Made by a program: the position numbers and the translations under genes. Positions 56,101-64,000 of a DNA stretch of 64,000 nt are shown here, piece by piece. The first letter of the stretch is position 1, and each line of letters starts with the position of its first letter. The stretch is from Naegleria gruberi (lineage: Eukaryota). The stretch lies in the NCBI GenBank assembly GCA_000004985.1, contig GG738847.1; one strand, given 5' to 3'. The notes beneath the pieces are model-generated. The model saw only the letters and a list, made by a program, of their open reading frames with translations, was not told where the DNA came from and ran no database searches.

Positions 56101-57656
56101 AAGTTCAGGTGGGGTCCCCAAAGAGGTAGCAGGAAAACAATTTGGTAAAGGATTCAATGGAAGATACAATGCTCAGGCAACGAATTCCAATTTGAGAAAT
56201 TTTATTTCCTCTGTCAACATTGACAATGGAATAATGTTTACTGAAATTGCAGATAAGACTGGTGGTCTCATTAGAAAAATAACAGCTCAATGTGATGGAA
56301 ATTCAACCCTGGACTCTAGTGGAGGTAGTTGTGTCTGTAATGATGGATACACTGGAGATTCTTGCAATGTATTCGTTTGTTATGGTTTAACTGCAACTAG
56401 TTCAGAAGTATGCTCAGGAAATGGATCGTGTATTGATGTGAATGTGTGTAAATGTAGGGATGGATTCGAAGGTTCCTCATGTAATATTGTTAAGGCTGCA
56501 AATGTCACAACAGGAGATTCATTGGGTGTGATTTTACCTGCTGTTCTCGTTCCAATATTGGTTATTTTGATTATTATTGTAATTATAATTGTAGTGGTAA
56601 TCATTGTGTTTGCCACAAAAAAGAAGAAGAAGAAGGATAAGGGATTGGAAGAAACCACAGATTTTGATGAAGTTCCAATGAGTGATTTGCCATCTGACAT
56701 GTCTGTCATTTTGAGTAGCAGTTTGACAAGAAGTGTTTCATCATCAACCAATGAAGAAGAAAATCTCTTTACAAGATATCAAGATATTGTCAAGATTGGA
56801 CAGGGAGCATTCGGTAGTGTTTTTAAAGTTAGAGATACCAAAGACGGAGACAAGATCAAAGCTGTTAAAGTTTTGAAATTTAATTCTGTCAGTGATTTGA
56901 ATATGATTATGAAAGAAGGTGCTCAATTAACAAACGCCAAACACAACCACATTCTCAAAGTCAATGATTATTTCATTACTAACGACAATTTACTTTGTAT
57001 TGATATGGACTATTATGAAAAGGGAGATTTGTCTCAATTTACCAAAACTGATTGTCCAGAACATATTGTAAAACAAATTCTCTATCAATTATGTGATGCT
57101 TTGAGTTATGTTCATGGAACTCTTTCCATGATTCACAGAGATATCAAGCCAACTAACATTTTTGTAAAGGAATATGATGGAACAAATGTCAGTGTCATTC
57201 TTGCTGATTTTGGTTTAGCCAAACAAGCTCAAGAATCAGCTGCAAATTCATATGCTGGTACTCCACTTTGTAAGTTTTTAATTTTCCTTTTTATTTACAA
57301 ATATTTCAATTAATTTTACAATTTTAATTTTTTTAATATTTCAATTGTTAATTAATAATATTTCAGATATGAGTCCTGAACTTGGATTAGGAGGAAAATA
57401 TTATCCAAACTCTGATACTTATTCACTAGGTGTTACAATTTATCAAATAATGACAAAGGACCTTACCACATCAATCAGTCACTTGTTGTTGAATGATCCA
57501 CAAAATGCTCAATCGAAATTGAGAGACAAGATGAAACAATCTAAACTGGGTTACTCAGATCAGCTTATTGACTTGATTATTAGAATGTTGGACAAGGACA
57601 GTTTAACTAGACCTAATGCTGCAGACATTCTTTCAGATTCGTATTTCAGAAGATAA
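53180..57656 (+). CDS. Single-pass receptor kinase: signal anchor, NHL-repeat beta-propeller-like ectodomain, EGF-like cysteine modules, a TM segment and a cytoplasmic NEK-like Ser/Thr kinase domain. Four exons: 53180-53834, 53909-54095, 54151-57269 and 57367-57656.
   Basis: NHL-like repeats (LYISDTFNHMIRKVSKNGTLTTLVG..., LLFIADTDNKLIRVLN, IYIADSANYCIRKYD...). EGF-like CVCNDGYTGDSCNVFVC...CSGNGSCIDVNVCKCRDGFEGSSCN. TM VLVPILVILIIIVIIIVVVIIVFA. Kinase YQDIVKIGQGAFGSVFKVRD...AVK...HRDIKPTNIFV...DFGLAK...GTPL|YMSPE (NEK-like GTPxYMSPE). All three introns have GTATGT/GTAAGT donors and were verified in frame. Confidence 0.75.
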
Positions 57657-57944
57657 TTAAACCGCAATCATTTGATTACTTTCTGCACATTATTTTATTA
57701 TCATTCGAATGAGTTGGTTTATTATTGGTGCTCAAATGGTTTCTTTGGAACTTCAAATATGGAAATCAATTTTTATCTCAAACAAATTGGAGAAAAATTG
57801 GTTCAATTTGGTGCATAAAGAAGAAACAATTGGATAAAAACCATTAATCACCCAATTTGAGACAATGATGACAATGCTATTTTAAAACTTTCAATCTACA
57901 ATATTGAAATATCCAACTTTAAAAAAAACAAGCAAGTTACTTCA

Positions 57945-59324
57945 ATGACTTCTATCGATTTGGAAATAATTGATGACCCAAAGTTGGTCAATTCATATCA
58001 TTCACATAAGAAACATAATCATAATGATCACCATCATTTGAATCACCATCACAAACACTCATGTCAAGAGGAGGAAGAAGAATTGCAACCTGTTGAATTG
58101 ACAACTACTCGTGTTAGATTGGACAATTCAACCTTGAGGAAGATCTATCTCTCAAAGAACAAACCATTATGGAAGGAAGCTGATTTTATCAAGATGATCA
58201 TAATGATTGCCATGATTTTTGTCATGTTTGGTGCTGAACTTTCTGTTGGTATCTTGGCTGCATCTTTAACACTTCTGGCCGATTCGTTCCATATGCTTTC
58301 AGATGGAATTTCTCTAATTGTTGGTGCAGCATGCATTTGGTTGGCTAAGAAGGGACCTACTGCAAATATGACCTTCGGTTTTGGAAGAGCTGAAACATTG
58401 GGTGGTTTAATTAATGCTGTGTTTTTGGTGAGTGTTGTGCTGTATGTGATAATGGAATCTATTCAGAGATTTTTCATGCCAGAGAGAATTGAGGATCCAA
58501 TACTTGTGTTGTGTGTTGGAGGTGCTGGTTTGTTGATTAACTTGATTGGTCTTTTTATGTTTTGTGGCCACCATCCTGGACATGACCATGATCATGGACA
58601 CGAACATGACCACAAACACTCAAAGGAAGAAGACCACCAACATGAATCTCATGAACACGATCATGAACATACTGACCCACAATCCAACAATTCTCAAAAG
58701 AAAGAACACAAAGAACACAAGCACAGATCTGAAAATATTTTTGGTGTTTTTTTACACATTTTGGGTGATTTTCTTGGCTCAGTTGCTGTCATGATTTCCT
58801 CTGGTCTCATTCTCATATTTGACCAAAAGGATGAGCAAGGCAATTATCCAAATACATGGGTTCTCTATGTTGACCCAGTTCTCAGTTTAGTAATGAGTGG
58901 AATCATCTTATTCACAGCTGTTCCACTATTGAAATCAACATGTAGAACCTTGTTGCAATCAGTTCCTACAGCAGTTGACATTCCTCAATTGAAAGCAAAT
59001 ATATTGGAAGTGGAGGGTGTAATTTCGTGTCATGAATTGCATGTTTGGCAACTTGCTGGAAAAACTAGCGTTGCAAGTGTTCACATTCTAACATCTGAAA
59101 GCAATGAAGAGTTTATGAGAATTGTTAAACGAGTACAACAGATATTCCACAAATTCAATGTTCATGCAACAACGATTCAACCAGAGTTTATTTCACTAAA
59201 TTCCATGCAAGGAAATGAATCTCAACCTTGTCATTTAATTTGCTCTCCGTCATGCTATGAACAATTTTGTTGTGCACCAAATCCAGTGGAAATGGATATT
59301 GTAGATCCATCCAATAAAGTTTAA
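57945..59324 (+). CDS. Cation diffusion facilitator (ZnT/SLC30-like) zinc transporter with a histidine-rich cytoplasmic loop.
   Basis: Six TM helices. CDF signature SLTLLADSFHMLSDGISLIVGA...FGFGRAETLGGLINAVFLV. His-rich loop HHPGHDHDHGHEHDHKHSKEEDHQHESHEHDHEH. Confidence 0.85.
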   Translation: MTSIDLEIIDDPKLVNSYHSHKKHNHNDHHHLNHHHKHSCQEEEEELQPVELTTTRVRLDNSTLRKIYLSKNKPLWKEADFIKMIIMIAMIFVMFGAELSVGILAASLTLLADSFHMLSDGISLIVGAACIWLAKKGPTANMTFGFGRAETLGGLINAVFLVSVVLYVIMESIQRFFMPERIEDPILVLCVGGAGLLINLIGLFMFCGHHPGHDHDHGHEHDHKHSKEEDHQHESHEHDHEHTDPQSNNSQKKEHKEHKHRSENIFGVFLHILGDFLGSVAVMISSGLILIFDQKDEQGNYPNTWVLYVDPVLSLVMSGIILFTAVPLLKSTCRTLLQSVPTAVDIPQLKANILEVEGVISCHELHVWQLAGKTSVASVHILTSESNEEFMRIVKRVQQIFHKFNVHATTIQPEFISLNSMQGNESQPCHLICSPSCYEQFCCAPNPVEMDIVDPSNKV

Positions 59325-59335
59325 TAGCCCTTTAT

Positions 59336-60530
59336 TTAATTAAAAACTTCCCAAATTGGCCTCAATGATTTGTATGGAATTGCAAATGGAATCTCAATGA
59401 ATCCTCTAAAGATCTTCATCACATCTAATCCTGCCAACACACCAATAATTGCACCAATTTCTCCCAAAGCAGATTCAAGCGTAACAGAATGAATCTCTTC
59501 AATTTCATACTGATTCAGTGTTGCATACGCAAATGAAACTACAATGATATCTTCCTCATGTTCAGTCAATCCAATTGCTGCCAAAGAGGCTCTCTGAAAA
59601 CAATCATTAATCCAATAAATCCTATTTAACAATACTTACCCATCTCATTTCTTCTCTTGTGGAGGAACTGCTACTAGTTTCGCTAGTGCTACTTCCTTCC
59701 CCAGAAGATTTAATTGATTGAGCTTTTCTTGCTGATATACTTTCAACAGTTCCAGAGCTACCTGATTGGTGACTGTCCAAATACTTGGTATGATACTTTG
59801 TCAAAATGAAAAAATTATCAACTCCAGCCATTGCAAAATTACTTTCCGAAACTACATCAGGAACTGTTCCTTGTTTGTGAAATGAAACTTGTAATCCGTA
59901 TCTAAAATAAAGATTGTTTGGCATCTTGGGAACTTTGAAAAAGAGTGAATAGGAAGCTCCATATCCAGTCAAGGAAGCTTCTGGAAGTGGATGATGGGTA
60001 TCATTATTAATAACAATGCAATGAAAACTATCAATCACTGCCGAATCGTAATGCATTTCAAAGTCTATGATAGATCCATTTTCTAAAACTCTTGTAGTAT
60101 GTTCCAATGTGAGGTTACAAGTATCACAATGCTTCAAAGCATTATAATTACAAATAGTAATTGCAGGAAAAGCCATCGGAATGTGTTCAACCAATGAAAG
60201 TGAAGTCACAGGATTATGTAAGGCATGAAGGTAGTGAGTTGCCACATCATATATAAACCAAATTGTGAAGGATATCGCAGCAATCCAACAAACAAATATT
60301 ATTAATTCCTGATATCTAATTCCGAAAGGTAATTTAGGAAATCCAAAATCATTCTTTTCAAATCTCTTTTTCTTCAGTGTTTTCGAATCCACTTCTCCGT
60401 CATGATTTAATGGAACAACCTTGTTAGTATTTATTGAAGCTGTCTTTTTAGCCTCTTCTTGTTGTTTGCTTTTTGATGATGCCGTAGGAATTTGATGTTG
60501 CTGCTGTTGATCCCCCACCACAGCTGCCAT
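59336..60530 (-). CDS. Two-TM channel-like protein with DEG/ENaC (ASIC/degenerin) family hallmarks. It lacks the Cys-rich thumb and has GLD in place of the GAS filter. Two exons (60530-59640 and 59593-59336, minus strand), with a 46-nt GTAAGT...TTTCAG intron in phase 0.
   Basis: TM1 LIIFVCWIAAISFTIWFIY. Post-TM1 motif AFPAITICNYN (compare ASIC FPAVTLCNLN). Palm strand RYGLQVSFHKQGTVPDVVSESNFAMAGVDNFFIL (compare [34 protein letters not shown]). Pre-TM2 VVSFAYATLNQYEIEE. TM2 LGEIGAIIGVLAGLDVMKIF (compare [21 protein letters not shown]). Confidence 0.65.
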
Positions 60531-60707
60531 TATTATTTCTTTTTTGTTATTTTTGAGCCAAAATCTACAGTTAACGGTTATTAAGGTTTATAAGGGCAAT
60601 TTCGCTACGTTTTAACGCCATGTACTTTACATGTTCACAAACCAAGTTGTTGGTATTCATATGTTTATACTATGCTCATCACGAGTGCGGATTTTTGAAA
60701 AGAAAAA
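60531..60707. promoter_or_regulatory. Shared 177-bp divergent promoter region between the two ENaC-like paralogs.
   Basis: Start codons at 60530 (-) and 60708 (+) face away from each other. The spacer is short and AT-rich. Confidence 0.5.
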
Positions 60708-61813
60708 ATGTCTAATATTCATCAAGGTGTGGAATTAAAAGAAGTGGGAGCTACAGCTCTTGCAAAGGAAGAGACTGTTATTAAGGTATTGAGGATTTCA
60801 AATTCGGAAGAACAACACAAGGAAGAGGAAAAACCAAAAAGAAAAACTATTGTGCATCATCATCATGGCGATTATGAGGAAGGAGAAGAATCGGAAGCAG
60901 ATTGCTTACACTCTAAAATAGGATACTCCATTAAGGATTTAATTTTAGTGTGTATTTGGTTTATATTATTAGGGTTTTATATATGGTATCTTGTTGAATT
61001 GGCAATTTCCTTAGATGAGGAACTGAATAATCCAACAACATCAATCTCCTTTGTTGAGAAGATTCCCAAGGATTTACCTCAAGTCACAGTGTGTAATTGG
61101 AATTCATTTGAAGGTTGTGGAGGGCAGTGTAATTTAACTCTAGTTGATTGTTCGCAAGTTGACTCGGAAGGTACTCCCATCCCTTGTGTAAATCATCCTC
61201 GTTATGTTCAATATGAACAGAATGGTAATACTTTTTACTGTTATCAATATAATTATGATGAGAAGCATCCTATTCAAGTTAAGAGTACTGGTTATGAGGG
61301 AAGTGTTTCATTGTACTTTAATTTCCCAACAATGCCTCAAACTGAGACCAATAGAAATGGCCTACAGGTGACATTTAACAAGATTGGCCATGAACCAAAT
61401 GTTTTGGATGAAACCAATTATGCCTATGAGAATGTAGATAATTTCTATGTCATGACTCACGTTGTTGTTGAAACCTTGGCTAAGAATGATAATCATCAAC
61501 CTGAATATTGGGATTTATCCTATTCTAGAATTGGAACTGCCACGGAAAATGTGACAGTGGTATCATTCTGTTATGCTACCTTGAATATCAATGATGTTAA
61601 GGAAGTTCAAACTGTAACAAATATTGAAATTTTTGCCAAAGTTTGTGAAATGTTATTAATCTTAGTGGTAAGTTGTTGGTGTAACAAATACTTTGTCTCA
61701 TTAATATATAATCAAAGGGAATTGATTTTATCAAAGTTATAAGAGGAATTGTGCTCATCCCAGAAGCAATCAAATATAGAGAATTCAAGGAAATCTTTGA
61801 AACTTTCATCTAA
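60708..61813 (+). CDS. Paralog of the adjacent DEG/ENaC-like two-TM protein. Two exons (60708-61667 and 61718-61813), with a 50-nt GTAAGT...AAAG intron inside TM2.
   Basis: HG-containing N-terminus (HHHHGDYEEG). TM1 LILVCIWFILLGFYIWYLV. DLPQVTVCNWN. RNGLQVTFNKIGHEPNVLDETNYAYENVDNFYVM. VVSFCYATLNINDVKEVQ. TM2 split by the intron as MLLILV|GIDFIKVIRGIVLIPEAIKYREF. The C-terminus matches its paralog (GLDVMKIFRGFIEIPFAIPYKSL). Confidence 0.65.
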
Positions 61814-63009
61814 ATTACATTTTACTGTTTGAATGATGAAGTAATGAAAATGAACAATTATTAATCAGAACATTTGATATGTGATTTGAAGAAGAAGGGA
61901 AAGAAAGTCATCAATTTTACAGATTTTTTCGTAATAAATGTTATTGTTTGCAAGATTGTTGAATATCTTGTGGTGAACCAACATGATTATCGTGTTCTCT
62001 TGTTGAATATCAAAATTAATAACTTGAAAATATTCTAGTTTGCCAAACAAAATTTTCCTTTAATTTAATCGTTGCCTTTTAAAATTCAAATCCAATAAAA
62101 TCAACTTTACACATTCCATATAATCCTATCCTATTGTCCTGAAAATATTTTGCACTGAGATGAAGAATTGCCTTTGAAAATCATAATAGATGTGATGAAT
62201 TTTTTAATTAATGTATTTTTTTTCAAAAATAACAAACAAATTCAATTCCTATTCAACAAAATTAAAAGAAGAATATCTAAAACTTGTAGCAATATGATTA
62301 GAAGAAAAGTTTCAAATATTAAAATTAAACTCCAAATGTAAGATATTAAATATACACTTGAGCCGAGAATCAACCCTGCATAGCATGAAATTCCAACTTG
62401 GTAAATTGACAACGTGACGATAATTTGATGAAAATATATGGAGTTTATTAGTGATTTAAATAATAGTACTAGAAGAGTGTATTCAAGTTGGTGATATGTA
62501 TGTTAAAAAATTCACATGTACCTATCCCTATCATATCTTGACCAAGATTGATCAGAGAAATACTCCTACCTACTATTGACCATTCCGAACAATGCTACAT
62601 TAACAGTTTTCCAGCTTGTCCAGTAGATACAGTAGTGATGATGAATTTAGTGAAAATTTTGACATTTCACCAAAATTACATTACTAAAAATTAATTTCCA
62701 CAAATAATACTATTATTATTTTGATGGCAAACAACATTGATGATGTGAATGATCCGATGATTAAACACCAACTTGTGATTTTCCATTATGAAAAATAAAT
62801 TCCAATTTCATGATGATAATTCACCAATAAAAATTACTATTATTACTACTATTTAGATGATGTTGAGATGATGATGTGAAAGTTTGGTTGTTTAGTGATG
62901 TAAAACCACTCCGAAAATCAGCAGTTGTTTGTTGAAGTTTGGTTGGTATTTTTTTCAACTTCCTAAAACACTTTTCGTCCGATAAGGCAATAAATTCGTT
63001 GGACCTTTC

Positions 63010-64000
63010 TTGGACTCATCACAAAAAAAAATGAGATTAAAGGTGGTGAAACGTATTGTTTCCTCTTCTGCTAGTGGATCCTCACCAACATTGCGAAAAT
63101 ATTCATCATCCGGATCAATTAAATTATCTACCACAACTATTTCTTCTGCATCATCATCATCCAGTGTTGGTGCTAATACAATTGTTGGCTCCTACTCTTC
63201 ATCGGCAGATCATCATCAGGAATTATTTATTTGTTTTTATCATGAAACAACAGAGAGATGGATTGTCTTGACAGATTTGATTAATCACTTATCTACCATG
63301 TCAATATTTTGGAATGATTCACAGAGTATGGATGAACCTCCATCACCTTCTAAAATTCTATCATCGGGTGAGTTTTTCCAAGTGTTTAGTTAATTAATTT
63401 ATTATGGGTAATTTGAATATTGATACATGGATGTTAATGTGTATGAATTGTGAATTTTTGTGATTAATATAGGGTGTATGGGACATCATAAAGATCATTT
63501 AGAATTGATCAAATCTTCTATGGAGAAGAATTCACGTATTGGTTCTGATATGTGTGAATTTTTGAAGTTCTACAAGGAACATGGTGATCAGATCAAGGCA
63601 TTCCTTCTTCATTGTCCTGAGTTGACCATTGAATTGAAGGATTTGTTGAGAAAGAACAAACATAGAGATATGTTTATTGATGGAACCGAATTCAGTGATG
63701 CAAAAACATCAACAGATGTTGCCTCTGACTGTCCATATCAAGATTTATTACCTTTCAAACCAAAATCCTTCAGGGACGCTTCATTGTGGCTTTCACATAA
63801 TATTAGAGCAGCAAGAGGATTGGCAAAGATGACACTTCCACTTGCTTATTATTCTGTAATTTTCCCATTTGAGAATATCTTTCCAAGGATTACATTCCCA
63901 GTTTTCAATCCTTCAAAATCATTCTTTGATCATCCAATTTTCTATATTGGAAATCCATTGACAATGTATGGAAATGGGGCTGAGATTCCATATCCACATT
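63010..64000 (+). CDS. Hypothetical protein that runs off the window end. Two or more exons (63010-63367 and 63473 to beyond 64000, GTGAGT...TATAG intron). S-rich N-terminus and unknown domain.
   Basis: MRLKVVKRIVSSSASGSS...ILSSG|G CMGHHKDHLELIKSSMEKNSRIGSDMCEFLKFYKEHGDQIKAFLLHCPELTIELKDLL.... The frame is restored across the intron. Confidence 0.5.

Noticed and set aside
59336-61813. P2X-receptor identity for the two-TM paralog pair (dictyostelids have intracellular P2X channels)
   Set aside because: There is no P2X YxTxK N-terminal motif, no NFTxxxKNS ectodomain signature and no P2X Cys pattern. The FPAITICN.N, GLQV.FH..G..P and LN.YEIEE/LGEIG motifs match DEG/ENaC.
1-64000. Prokaryotic defence island / operon interpretation (CRISPR, toxin-antitoxin and similar)
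   Set aside because: The sequence has spliceosomal introns with GTAAGT donors, eukaryote-specific domains (myosin motor, WW, C2, filamin, Myb, F-box, WD40, Ras CaaX) and poly-N/T/S tracts. I found no direct-repeat or spacer array.

Overview
This window is AT-rich (about 65% AT) eukaryotic nuclear DNA, not prokaryotic. It is gene-dense, with about 25 protein-coding genes on both strands. Introns are short and spliceosomal (about 44-205 nt, GTAAGT/GTATGT/GTGAGT...AG). Coding regions carry N/T/S/Q/P low-complexity tracts and the intergenic DNA is very AT-rich, which is the look of an amoeboid protist genome (dictyostelid-like or similar). I cannot name the organism from sequence alone. I found no rRNA, tRNA or CRISPR, and no transposon. 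Genes I could recognise from their translations are listed here.
- ATG2/VPS13-family chorein lipid-transfer protein, 4094-8272.
- WDR82/Swd2-like WD40 protein.
- A SANT protein and an R2R3-Myb protein.
- An F-box protein.
- A Beclin/Atg14-like CxxC + coiled-coil + BARA-like protein.
- A type-I membrane protein with ephrin-receptor-like Cys repeats.
- A C2-domain protein.
- A Rap/Ras GTPase with a CaaX box.
- A three-exon C2 + filamin-repeat protein.
- Cofilin/ADF.
- A 7TM receptor-like protein.
- A large WW-WW-myosin-3xTH1 gene, interrupted by a one-base frameshift in an A-run.
- A Neverland/DAF-36-like Rieske sterol desaturase.
- A receptor with an NHL-propeller + EGF ectodomain, one TM and a NEK-like kinase.
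- A ZnT/CDF zinc transporter.
The most striking find is a divergently transcribed pair of paralogous two-TM proteins at 59336-61813. Both carry DEG/ENaC (ASIC/degenerin) hallmarks (FPAITICNYN after TM1, a GLQV.FH...P palm strand, an LN.YEIEE...LGEIG...G pre-TM2/TM2 region). Both lack the cysteine-rich thumb and have G-[LI]-D where the GAS selectivity filter sits. Other points worth a second look are a 4.1 kb ORF-free block (15.2-19.3 kb) with a GC-richer island, a recurring CG-containing AGTCGA(G/C) motif in three intergenic regions, and several frame discontinuities (Myb C-terminus, exon 1/2 of the ephrin-like receptor, WW/myosin). Splice-site coordinates were derived by hand and may be off by 1 nt.
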